From: Candidatus Yonathbacteria bacterium
GTDB lineage: Bacteria; Patescibacteriota; Minisyncoccia; Phycocordibacterales; JACNGX01
Assembly: GCA_013334825.1 (NCBI GenBank)
Contig: JAAXWR010000001.1
Span: 11,769 to 75,768, forward strand
Length of the DNA stretch: 64,000 bases
Direction of reading: 5' to 3'
The notes beneath the pieces are model-generated. The model had not been told where the DNA came from, made no database searches, and worked only from the letters and a program-made list of their open reading frames with translations. The position numbers were made by a program, and so were the translations under genes. Positions within the stretch are counted from its first letter, which is position 1. Every line of letters begins with the position of its first letter. Shown here piece after piece: positions 18,901-26,807 of the stretch.

Positions 18901-21778
18901 CGGAACGACCAATATCTTCACGATGGGTATTGACGATTCCGACTCCGACAAGTTCAAGATTTCCGGTGGCTCTGCTCTCGGCACGAACGACCGCCTTGTG
19001 ATTGATTCGTCGGGGAATGTCGGACTTGGCACCGCTGGTCCCGATCGTCGTCTCGATGTCCTCGATGCCACGAACCCTCAGCTCCGTCTCACCCATACCG
19101 ACGGCTCGATGTACACTGATTTTCAGACAACATCAGAAGGAGATATTACTGTCACCCCATCGGGCGGGGATTTAACATTTATAGGAAATATTCTCCCAGG
19201 TGGTACATCGGGTGCATATAATCTTGGTTCTGATACTGCACGATGGGGCGATTTTTATCTTGACGGTGAGACAATTCATATTGGTTCATCATTAACGGAT
19301 GAAGGAATTATCTCATATACGTCTGGAAATATTCTCTCTTTTGACACTGACACAACGACAGGTGGTGACATTGCCTTTTTTACTGATGATATTTATCTTG
19401 ATAAATCAACAGGATATGTAGGTTTGAGTGATACTACACCCGATCACACTCTTGATGTCGCAGGCAATATTGGACTTAACACTTCTTCATACATCAACTT
19501 TGGTGACACTGATGGCACCGATGGTTATGGTTTTCGTGATAATGGGGGAACACTTCAGTTCAAGCACAACGGTGGATCATGGACAAATTTTGGAGCATCA
19601 TCGTCCTCGGTGACCCCAAGGGATTTTTGGTCATTCAATCATTTTTATTATAACGGTGTTAGTTCAATGGATCCGTTTTTCGGAGCGGCGATTTCCTCGG
19701 GAACGATAGGTGCTCCGACTGCCGCATCAATGGCGAGTGGTAACCATCCGGGAGCGATTCTTGTCAGCAAAGCAGCAAGTACGACAGCGAACTCGGGATA
19801 TCGTATTACTGGACTCAGTACAGCGATGGTTTTGGGAGGAGGATATCTTTTTGAGGGGGTGATAAACGTGCGCACTCCCGCAGCAGGGACAAACACTATT
19901 TATCTTGGTTTTCATGACGCGACGAGTGTGACTGCTCCGGTGGACGGTGTGTATTTTGATATTGCGGGAACGACGGTAACAGGGCGTTCACGAGGAGGAT
20001 CTGCAACTCTTGCAACAGCGAGCACATACACAGTTTCTACTGGAAACACTGATTGGTATCGCTTTAGAATTGTCATTAATACAGCGGCAACGCGTGCGGA
20101 CTTTTATATTTATGATGACGCTGGCACGCAGGTGTGGACAGATTATGTCAGCGGAAACGCGGGCGATCTTCCAACGGCGACAGCAGACTTGCTCACCGCT
20201 GGATTTCTCGGGGTGAACTCTTCAACCACGGCAACTGCCTATGAAATTGCAAATGTCGATTATATGGGAATGGGAACAGTCGCGGGATATGATGCGTTTA
20301 CAACAGGCGGTTCTGGTCTTTGGACGGTGAATGGATCGAATGTGTATTATAATGCTGGTAATGTCGGTATTGGAACAACAGCACCTTCACAGGCACTTTC
20401 TGTTTCGGGGACATTGGGTATTATTGAAACAGGAACAACACCACAGTATTACAGTATCTTTCAAGGAGGTGACCAAGCTGGCAATATTACCTATACGTTA
20501 CCGACAGCTGTTGGTGGTGCAGGACAACAACTTACCGATGCAGCAGGTAATGGCGTGCTTTCATGGGCGGCAGCTGGTTCAACTCGCAATTTAAAAGATA
20601 TTGATGGATTAATCGAAGATCCGCAAGAAGCTCTTGAGACAATTTTGGAAACAAATATTTATGCCTTTCATTATAAGGAAGGTATGGGAACAGGAGACGC
20701 GCAAACACAATATGTTGGTGTTATGGCGGATGAAGCATCATGGGCAATGCACTATGATGGAAATGTAGTAAACCCTGTGAATACATTGGGGTATATGGTC
20801 CTTGGTATGCAAGCGACAAACAAACGCATTGATGACATTATTGCTGGGTTGGCATCAGTATCGGATAGTGGAGGGAATTCTCTTTCGGATACAGGAATGG
20901 CAGTATTGTATGCGCCAATTACCGCCATGCTCTCAAATGATCCAATGAATGGTATGCGAATTGCCTCAATACTCTCTTCGTTTATTGAAGGAGGGGATGT
21001 CGGTACGTCATTTTGGAATGTAGATGCTGTTACTGGTGTTATTTCACCTCTCGGATCTCTTGATATGGATGGGAATGGTGTGTATGATGTTGCGGAAATT
21101 ATTGGTATCGATGAATCATGGAGTGTTAATCGACAAGGACTTCTTACGGTGAATGGTCTCGTCGTACGGGGAGATATTGAGGTGGGAAGTCGTGAAAAAC
21201 CTTCGGGCATTACACTCTATGATGAAGTGACAGGAGAGCCGTATTGTCTCCGTATGGTTGCGGGAGTGATAGAGTCCACGCTAGGGACATGTGAAAGTTT
21301 ACGGGCGTCTTCATCTGATGGTGGTGATATGGGGGACATCACACCTCCCACCATTGTACTTCGAGGCAATAACCCCGCACGTATTGAAATTGGTGATGAA
21401 TACGGTGATCTTGGCGCAACAGTAACAGATGACAATGATGAATATCCAACACTGGAGATATATATTGAGGGTGAAAAAGTTGATACTGTTCATATTATGG
21501 CAAGAGAAGATGCGACGTATACTATTGAGTATGTTGCCTATGATGATGTAGGAAATACCTCAACCGTAACACGTACCGTGATTGTGGGGAATGGGAGTCC
21601 AGATGCTCAAGAAGAAAGCGAAGTTGAGGATGTTCCTTTAGTCGAAATACCTCCGGTAGCAGAGCCAGACCCCGAACCGTCAGTAGAAGAAGTGATTATT
21701 GATACAGAACCAATACCAGAACCAGTCAGTGGGTCTGGAAATGTTCTCTCAGATGAGCCACAAACTCTTCATGAATAA
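15902..21778 (+). CDS. giant (1958 aa) tail-fibre-like cell-surface protein with internal intramolecular-chaperone (peptidase S74-like) domain
   Basis: N-terminal signal/TM. Repeated 'GNVGIGT..P...LDV' fibre motifs. Two jelly-roll/lectin-like inserts. 'STRNLKDIDGLIEDPQEALETILETNIYAFHYKE...YVGVMADEA' matches the phage endosialidase chaperone domain. A further about 380 aa follow it, including a DUF5011-like Ig segment 'PPTIVLRGNNPARIEIGDEYGDLGATVTDDND' and an acidic P/E-rich tail. Confidence 0.7.
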   Translation: MYIPRTRYIVMFVTFLIGVSAFVVVRAAFNPEINYQGKLTNTSNVAVNNGDYNIRFRLYTVPSGGSPLWTETLCYSPDAGTTCDGTGVDNRPEISSGLFSVLLGAVSSLASVNFDQTLYLGVEIGGSSSTPTWDGEMTPRKKLGAVPAAFEAGRLDGIDSASFLRSDEPDTMAVTSASTALTITQSGTGDILNINDGASEVFTILDGGNVGIGTITPGQKLTVDGTLGILEGGTTPTYHTIFQGGDQAGDVTYTLPTAQAGGSGYVLSNNGSGILSWVAGGGGGGMAIGGAVTSGTLGSILFVDASGNLAQDNTNFFWNNTDKRLGIGTNTPNEALDVNGTIQAKKILFYDDTITGKTHSNISFSETEVSPTVTDLLLDSDTGTDFRFIMDHVYEIDFGTPPGGMSGFSNAITLGTTGTSSLRFNSGPQIYGGVGDALYLDSYHGTLVSNNSGDIVRFGTSSANTDTYFYGNVGIGTAVPDRRLDVLDATNPQLRLTYTDGSVYTDFQTTSAGDLYINPSGGSVGIGTALPTYPLEVSGGNLGAQMKITHSGVGYAPASILLEEETDFGRGQGIYQHSVPDGDSWFSGVPYGADGDLWGVFYKNDVVWDPSVASTAYSVLRVEKSGNIGLNTSAYLNWGEIGTSGYGLRDNGGVMQYKNSSGSWTNLSAGGGGMAIGSAVTSGTSGSVLFVDASGNLAQDNTNFFWNNTDKRLGIGTNTPAYDLDVAGSGYFRSKSGLSTVTESFEGVTFPPTSWTTGGDANWTRTTAEAQESAASANSGTITNSQIAWIDRDYTFTTTGEVKFYWKVSSETAYDYLLFCADNDLSCTDSSYTQRISGEVDWVEVTYVVSTPGVHSFRWVYSKDSGDPGVFPWSDEGWIDNVRFIESTGISGGNVFAEGYLSTGDSGVFIGSSTNDRGSILYDTTNNILAFDTDSVTNADVSFFSDNLYIDKSTEYIGIGDVTPDSVLDILSATASNTQLSIGNTNAGDYDPQIGFQLADGTTNIFTMGIDDSDSDKFKISGGSALGTNDRLVIDSSGNVGLGTAGPDRRLDVLDATNPQLRLTHTDGSMYTDFQTTSEGDITVTPSGGDLTFIGNILPGGTSGAYNLGSDTARWGDFYLDGETIHIGSSLTDEGIISYTSGNILSFDTDTTTGGDIAFFTDDIYLDKSTGYVGLSDTTPDHTLDVAGNIGLNTSSYINFGDTDGTDGYGFRDNGGTLQFKHNGGSWTNFGASSSSVTPRDFWSFNHFYYNGVSSMDPFFGAAISSGTIGAPTAASMASGNHPGAILVSKAASTTANSGYRITGLSTAMVLGGGYLFEGVINVRTPAAGTNTIYLGFHDATSVTAPVDGVYFDIAGTTVTGRSRGGSATLATASTYTVSTGNTDWYRFRIVINTAATRADFYIYDDAGTQVWTDYVSGNAGDLPTATADLLTAGFLGVNSSTTATAYEIANVDYMGMGTVAGYDAFTTGGSGLWTVNGSNVYYNAGNVGIGTTAPSQALSVSGTLGIIETGTTPQYYSIFQGGDQAGNITYTLPTAVGGAGQQLTDAAGNGVLSWAAAGSTRNLKDIDGLIEDPQEALETILETNIYAFHYKEGMGTGDAQTQYVGVMADEASWAMHYDGNVVNPVNTLGYMVLGMQATNKRIDDIIAGLASVSDSGGNSLSDTGMAVLYAPITAMLSNDPMNGMRIASILSSFIEGGDVGTSFWNVDAVTGVISPLGSLDMDGNGVYDVAEIIGIDESWSVNRQGLLTVNGLVVRGDIEVGSREKPSGITLYDEVTGEPYCLRMVAGVIESTLGTCESLRASSSDGGDMGDITPPTIVLRGNNPARIEIGDEYGDLGATVTDDNDEYPTLEIYIEGEKVDTVHIMAREDATYTIEYVAYDDVGNTSTVTRTVIVGNGSPDAQEESEVEDVPLVEIPPVAEPDPEPSVEEVIIDTEPIPEPVSGSGNVLSDEPQTLHE
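16801..16893 (+). repeat. intragenic repeat R1a, near-identical to 17964..18056
   Basis: About 93 nt, identical except one base: 'actttttgttgatgcatcgggaaatcttgcacaagacaatacgaatttcttttggaataacactgataa'. Confidence 0.9.
17327..17432 (+). repeat. intragenic GC-rich repeat R2a, about 93% identical to 19028..19133
   Basis: 'ggcaccgccgtccccgatcgtcgtctcgacgtcctcgatgccacaaaccctcagctccgtctcacc...' is seen twice. Confidence 0.85.
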
Positions 21779-21910
21779 TGCGTGGTGTGGGGGGGGGAGA
21801 CATATATATGAATGTTTTTAAAGAATCTGTAAAAAAGATGATAGTGTACAGGTTATTCTTATGGCAGTTAGTGGGGGGAGCCTACGTCCAACTTCCCATA
21901 GTGATAGTAC

Positions 21911-21916
21911 TATAAT
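21911..21916 (+). promoter_or_regulatory. TATAAT -10 box upstream of rpsF
   Basis: 'gtgatagtacTATAATgcg', about 55 bp upstream of the rpsF ATG. The -35 is weak. Confidence 0.35.
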
Positions 21917-21969
21917 GCGATATATTTTTGGTATTGCGTTCGGGACTGTTTTCTGGTACCATTGCGTGC

Positions 21970-22476
21970 ATGAATACGAAAGATGCACACACTGAAGATG
22001 CGGACGTCCGGCTGTATGAGCTTGGATATATACTTGTTTCCGCTATCCCTGAAGAAAAAGTCGCTGCAGAAGTTGTGGCGATGAAAGATATTATTACCAA
22101 TAACGGTGGTACAGTACAGACAAGTGCCGACCCATCGCTTCGTGATTTGGCATACCCAATGTCAATTTCCCGTGAACACAAAAAGACAACGTATGTTGCA
22201 GGATATTTTGGATGGATTGTCTTTGATGGTACTGCAGATACGGCTCTCGCCGTAGAACAAGCTGCAAAAAAGAGTGATACAGTGTTGCGTCACCTTCTCA
22301 TTAAACGCCCGCCACTTAATGTGAATGCTTCTGCTAAGTCTCAAGCTCCCGGTGTCGGTGCACGCAAAGGCATCAAGAAAAAGAAAGAGGATGTGAATGA
22401 AGAAGAAATTGATAAGACGATTGAGGAACTCGTTGAAGGAAGCGTTGAGAATACTACAGAAAAAACAGAAGCATAA
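21970..22476 (+). CDS. rpsF: 30S ribosomal protein S6 (with K/E-rich C-terminal tail)
   Basis: 'RLYELGYILVS...GGTV....RDLAYPM' is the S6 fold pattern. Position upstream of ssb. Confidence 0.8.
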   Translation: MNTKDAHTEDADVRLYELGYILVSAIPEEKVAAEVVAMKDIITNNGGTVQTSADPSLRDLAYPMSISREHKKTTYVAGYFGWIVFDGTADTALAVEQAAKKSDTVLRHLLIKRPPLNVNASAKSQAPGVGARKGIKKKKEDVNEEEIDKTIEELVEGSVENTTEKTEA

Positions 22477-22501
22477 CCTATAAGCTAATTATTTTATCAT
22501 T

Positions 22502-22972
22502 ATGTACATCAATAAAGTCTTTTTGTATGGAAATCTTACTCGTCAACCGGAACTACGTGTTTCGCCATCGGGTTCAAAAGTATGTTCATTTAGTATTGCG
22601 ACAAATCGTCGTTACAAAGATCAAACGGGTAACTGGAATGAAGCAAGCGAATACCATAGTTTGGTTGCCTTCGGAAGAAGTGCTGAACTCATCGCTCAAT
22701 ATCTGACTACAGGGAGCAGTGCGTTTATCGAAGGACGATTGCAGACGCGTAGTTGGGAAGGTCCTGATGGTAAAAAGAATTTTCGTACAGAAGTTGTTGT
22801 TGAACAAGTGCAATTTGGTCCTCGCCGTACGGGAGAAGGACAGCAGGGGGGTGGGTATCGTAAAGATGCTGGCTCCGCACAAAACGATAGCGGACAACCG
22901 ATGGCACACGAAGAACTTGATACTATCGAATACCCAACAGAAGATATTAATCCTGACGATATTCCATTTTAA
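22502..22972 (+). CDS. ssb: single-stranded DNA-binding protein
   Basis: 'VFLYGNLTRQPELRVSPSGSKVCSFSIATNRRYKD' is an OB fold. Gly/Gln-rich linker. Canonical acidic tail '...PDDIPF'. Confidence 0.9.
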   Translation: MYINKVFLYGNLTRQPELRVSPSGSKVCSFSIATNRRYKDQTGNWNEASEYHSLVAFGRSAELIAQYLTTGSSAFIEGRLQTRSWEGPDGKKNFRTEVVVEQVQFGPRRTGEGQQGGGYRKDAGSAQNDSGQPMAHEELDTIEYPTEDINPDDIPF

Positions 22973-22985
22973 TTAGTAAATCAGT

Positions 22986-23375
22986 ATGATAGGAAATCAG
23001 GAGATAAGTAAGAAAGATAAAGAAAAGGTGTGCTCATATCGCTCTTTGATTGTATGGCAAAAAGGTTTCGAGGTATCTTTAGTTGTGTATCGCCTGACGA
23101 AGACATTTCCTGATGACGAGCGATATGGTCTCGTATCGCAAATGAGAAGAAGTGCAGTTTCTATTCCGTCGAATATTGCAGAAGGATACGCGCGAGGATC
23201 AAAAGCATCATTTCACCAATTTCTGAGAATCGCATACGGTTCAGCTGCTGAGCTTGAGACGCAATTATTATTAGCAAAAGAATTGAAATACCATAAAGAA
23301 ACAGACATTGAAGAATTGTTGATTGAGGTTATGAAGATGATTAACGCAATTCTTTCAAAAGGAAAATATACATGA
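22986..23375 (+). CDS. four-helix-bundle protein (TIGR02436 / 23S rRNA IVS-protein family, Avd-like)
   Basis: 'SLIVWQKGFEVSLVVYRLTKTFPDDERYGLVSQMRRSAVSIPSNIAEGYARGSKASFHQFLRIAYGSAAELETQLLLAKEL' is diagnostic. Inserted between ssb and rpsR. Confidence 0.85.
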   Translation: MIGNQEISKKDKEKVCSYRSLIVWQKGFEVSLVVYRLTKTFPDDERYGLVSQMRRSAVSIPSNIAEGYARGSKASFHQFLRIAYGSAAELETQLLLAKELKYHKETDIEELLIEVMKMINAILSKGKYT

Positions 23376-23416
23376 GTTATGTTTAGAGCCCGAGATATCT
23401 TCATAGTAATCTCATC

Positions 23417-23492
23417 ATATACTAACCTCCTAATCTCCTAGTTTACTAACTTCCTAACGTACTAACCTCCTAACTTACTAATCTTCTAACTT
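23417..23492 (+). repeat. degenerate tandem repeat of a 13-mer (ACTAACCTCCTAA-like), about 6 units
   Basis: 'tactaacctcctaatctcctagtttactaacttcctaacgtactaacctcctaacttactaatcttctaacttcctatcc'. Related to the AGGAGATTA motifs flanking the other four-helix-bundle copies. Confidence 0.7.
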
Positions 23493-23499
23493 CCTATCC

Positions 23500-23697
23500 A
23501 TGCAATGCTACTTTACCGCAAATAATATTAAATACATCGATTATAAAGATGTAGAGACGCTCAAGAAATTTGTAAATCAACATGGGCGTATTCAAAATAG
23601 TCGTTATTCGGGTGTTTCGGCGAAGCATCAACGACAACTTGCAACGGCAATCAAGCGCGCTCGTTACATGGGACTTCTTGCATACGTTTCTCAATAA
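23500..23697 (+). CDS. rpsR: 30S ribosomal protein S18
   Basis: '[50 protein letters not shown]' is canonical S18. Confidence 0.9.
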   Translation: MQCYFTANNIKYIDYKDVETLKKFVNQHGRIQNSRYSGVSAKHQRQLATAIKRARYMGLLAYVSQ

Positions 23698-23712
23698 GAT
23701 ACAAAAGAAAAC

Positions 23713-23743
23713 AAAAACACGGACAGAGAGTCCGTGTTTTTGT
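23713..23743 (+). terminator. rho-independent terminator after rpsR
   Basis: AAAAACACGGAC-AGAGAG-TCCGTGTTTTTGTTTT. Confidence 0.7.
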
Positions 23744-23905
23744 TTTATGTTGTTTCATCAGTTGTTTTTTGGAACATAACTATGTTACAAAAGAGTTGAA
23801 AAACCAATACTCAGTCTCTTTTTTCGGGCGCGGACACGCACACTTCGTGTAACGGAGACGCTGCGGGAGAACTACGAATTCAGTAAAGTCTGTTTTTTAA
23901 ATTAT

Positions 23906-24110
23906 TCCGTCTGTCACCCTCAACCCTCCCGTCCGTCATCCTAAACCCTCTCGTCTGTCATCCTGAACTTTTACCTTGTCGAAGGAAGGTGATTCAATAT
24001 CTTGCCGTTGCAAGCCATCGAAACATTAGGTTAAACCTAGCGGAATACCGCTAGGTTTAACCTAATGTTTTTATTCGTACATTTGTGCATATTCGTTATT
24101 CGTAACCGTG
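23906..24110 (+). repeat. composite intergenic element copy 1 (modules B + C + A)
   Basis: B: 'gtcatcctgaacttttaccttgtcgaaggaaggtgattca', with three 21-bp direct repeats before it. C: the palindrome 'ttaggttaaacctagcggaataccgctaggtttaacctaa'. A: the ATTCGTA array. Confidence 0.8.
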
Positions 24111-25409
24111 TTATCTCTTTGCCCACTCTTCTTCTTGTCGCACAAGTAAATGAGAAGCTTGTTTTGGGTGTGCAAGAAGTGCTTTGACGATACGTTCCAT
24201 ACGGACACCTTGTGATCCTTTGACAAAAACAGTTGCCCCGTCAGGAATAAGATTTGATAGTTGTGTTGTCGCTTCTTGTGCGTCAGCAAATATGTGCATA
24301 TGTGCATGGTCTACACCTGCTTCCTGGGCGCCTTGTGCGAACAGCTTTGCATTGTCTCCAACAAAAATAAGTATATCGGCAGAGATGGCAGCGTCTTTTC
24401 CGGCGTCTTTATGTGCGGATTCCGTCATGTCTCCGAGCTCGCGCATGTCTCCCAAGATTGCAACTTTGATACCTGCGCTTGTGATATCGCGAAGTGTAGA
24501 AAGACCTGCGGCAACGGCGAGAGGGGACGCATTGTATGTGTCATCAATAAGACAGATGTTGCGTATGCCCTCAAGAAGATGTAATCGTCCTGGGGTAGGA
24601 CTGATATGGGAGAGACGCATAGCAGCGTCTTGAGGGGAAATACCTGCGGATACCCCAGCTGCAAAGGCGGCAAGCGCGGTATATGCGTGGTGCGCGCCTA
24701 TGGTGTGCGAAAGAGTAACGGGGTACATGTCGTCTTTGGTAATGAGTGAAAAAGCAAGACCAGACGGTATATTGTTTTCATACACAATATGTATGTTTTC
24801 TGCGCATACAGTATTCTCTGGATGTGTGCCATAGAGAATGACTGTCTTGTTGGAAAGCGTTTTCGCAAGAGGGGCAATACGTGTATCATCTCCGTTTAAA
24901 ATAGCTGTTCCCTCCAAGCGTAACGCATCAAGGAGAGATGCTTTCTCATGAAGGACAGCATCAACAGAAGGAAAAAACTCAACATGTACAGGAATGTCGC
25001 CGACGCGCGTGAGTATCGCGATATCAAGAGATATCCCCGCGAGTGAACGCGCGATATCCCCCGGATGATCAGCGCCGACTTCAAGGATAAGCCATGCGGG
25101 ATAGGGGGCACGAGAAATGACACGCAAGGCGCCTCTATAGAGGGTGAGCATCCACGCACGTGGGCTATTCCATCCTGTAGGCAAATCAAGAATGGTCAAA
25201 GGAACACCAAATTCACTGTTGAAACTTTTTTTGTTTTTTCGCACCGTATACGATTCTTTCATAATGTCATACAAGGCATCTTTCACGGATGTTTTTCCTA
25301 CACTTCCTGTAACGGCGATAATACGCGGACGATGTTTTTTGATAACGAGACGCGCCTCAAATGAAAGTATACTGATCACGATTTGTTTAATGAGTGTGCG
25401 AAGAGACAT
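24111..25409 (-). CDS. murF: UDP-N-acetylmuramoyl-tripeptide--D-alanyl-D-alanine ligase
   Basis: 'IIAVTGSVGKTS', 'DDTYNASP' and 'GDMRELG' are Mur ligase motifs in the MurF arrangement. Confidence 0.8.
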   Translation of the reverse strand: MSLRTLIKQIVISILSFEARLVIKKHRPRIIAVTGSVGKTSVKDALYDIMKESYTVRKNKKSFNSEFGVPLTILDLPTGWNSPRAWMLTLYRGALRVISRAPYPAWLILEVGADHPGDIARSLAGISLDIAILTRVGDIPVHVEFFPSVDAVLHEKASLLDALRLEGTAILNGDDTRIAPLAKTLSNKTVILYGTHPENTVCAENIHIVYENNIPSGLAFSLITKDDMYPVTLSHTIGAHHAYTALAAFAAGVSAGISPQDAAMRLSHISPTPGRLHLLEGIRNICLIDDTYNASPLAVAAGLSTLRDITSAGIKVAILGDMRELGDMTESAHKDAGKDAAISADILIFVGDNAKLFAQGAQEAGVDHAHMHIFADAQEATTQLSNLIPDGATVFVKGSQGVRMERIVKALLAHPKQASHLLVRQEEEWAKR

Positions 25410-25411
25410 AA

Positions 25412-25933
25412 TTACGCGTGATGAGAATGAGTAATGGGGGAGAGTAGTGTCGCGACAATAGCAACCAAAACAAAGCGTATCGAAGAAAGAAAGAGTATGG
25501 CGTACGGTATCATGCCAATGCGAGAGTCAAGCGTGAATGAGTCGGGAAGAAAAAGAAAAATGATTGATTCAACGACAAATGAGGTGAGCGCAATAATGAT
25601 GAGTGGACGATCAAGTCCGCGAGGTAAACGAAATCGTGTTCGTGTACACGAGCACATGTTATTGCTCAAGGAGAGAAGAAGGATAAACAGTATACCAATA
25701 TGGAGTGTCTGCGCGGTCATACCAAGCATGATATATGCGATGCCCGCAGAAAATATCATACGTCCTCCCACAGGGAAACTTTTCAAGACTTCTTTGCCAA
25801 ATGTTGTAGGAAGCCATGCAAAAAACGCTTTTGGGTCATATGCGCGCTCTTTCCATACGGTAGCAAAAATGACACTTTCATACAGCGCGGAAATACCGTA
25901 AAGCATAATAATCACCAAAAGAAGCATGTCCAT
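25412..25933 (-). CDS. hypothetical polytopic membrane protein
   Basis: 173 aa with 4-5 predicted TM segments. Couples directly to the murF start. Confidence 0.4.
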   Translation of the reverse strand: MDMLLLVIIMLYGISALYESVIFATVWKERAYDPKAFFAWLPTTFGKEVLKSFPVGGRMIFSAGIAYIMLGMTAQTLHIGILFILLLSLSNNMCSCTRTRFRLPRGLDRPLIIIALTSFVVESIIFLFLPDSFTLDSRIGMIPYAILFLSSIRFVLVAIVATLLSPITHSHHA

Positions 25934-25995
25934 AGTGCCCAGTATAGCAAGTTTTTTCTCCTCAGGAAACGTAACATCTGTAATAAAAAATCGTC

Positions 25996-26083
25996 TATAC
26001 CAAGGTTAAACCTAATCTATACCAACATTAAGAGTTGGTATAAGAGTCGGCATTTTATACCAAGGTTTAACCTTGGGAGCATA
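25996..26083. repeat. REP-like palindrome pair (REP1 'TACCAAGGTTTAACCTTGG' + REP2 'ATACCAACATTAAGAGTTGGTAT')
   Basis: Seen directly. Same families as at 29004, 38689, 39468, 43677 and 44945-45172. Confidence 0.75.
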
Positions 26084-26266
26084 ATATTTCCTTGTTCCTG
26101 TCAAGTTTTGTATGATACAAATGTTTAACTTCAGTGTTTCTATTGTTTTATGAGTCCGCGTTCCATAAAAGGTTAGGTTGAAAGTAATATTTCTTTTTTG
26201 ATAGTTTGTGTTAAATGAACTATCTCACAGTGGCTGTGTGGAATTGAATTTCAAAATAGATTAAAA

Positions 26267-26290
26267 ATCAGGGGGTATACTCCCCCCTGA
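26267..26290 (-). terminator. rho-independent terminator for minus-strand gene
   Basis: TCAGGGGG-TATAC-TCCCCCCTGA, with a T-run on the minus strand (TTTTTAA). Confidence 0.6.
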
Positions 26291-26301
26291 TATGAAACGT
26301 G

Positions 26302-26688
26302 TTATTGTTGAAAAGTTTCTACAATTTTTTCGAGAAAATTACATCGGAAATCTTTGTCGATAATCGTCACTCCTCTTTCTGAGGGTGAGGGAGCGCCTGT
26401 CAAAACGATGACTGAGGTGTTTTGACACATATGTTTTACCTCAATTGCCGTCTCGAGTTCACCTCTGGTAAGAAAAATCACCCCGCTATACTGCTCGTAG
26501 TCATCCGCTGACTGAGGACGCTCGGTGATAACTGTAACAGAAAATTCATTATCAAGATGTTCTTTGATAATCTCTGCCTGCTGGTTATAACACTGAGCAT
26601 CAGAAGGGTCTCTTCTGTCCATGAATCCCCAATCACCAAAATTGCAAATGAGGATGTTGCGCTGTACAGGTTTGTCTGCGTTTTCCAT
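26302..26688 (-). CDS. hypothetical protein (alternating hydrophobic strands and helices, suggestive of a flavodoxin-like fold)
   Basis: 128 aa. No motif confidently recognised. Confidence 0.35.
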   Translation of the reverse strand: MENADKPVQRNILICNFGDWGFMDRRDPSDAQCYNQQAEIIKEHLDNEFSVTVITERPQSADDYEQYSGVIFLTRGELETAIEVKHMCQNTSVIVLTGAPSPSERGVTIIDKDFRCNFLEKIVETFQQ

Positions 26689-26807
26689 AACGTCCTTTTC
26701 CTTTGTTTAATTTTTGATATTTTTGACGAAAAAACTTTATCATATAAAATACATCCCTGTCTGTCTTTTGTCAAGCACTCCGTCCGTGATATAAACTAAA
26801 AACTCAC

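Noticed and set aside
15902-21778. Prophage interpretation of the tail-fibre-like gene
   Set aside because: No capsid, terminase, portal, integrase or other phage genes flank it. Its neighbours are surface-locus genes and rpsF. Domesticated fibre or adhesin is more consistent.
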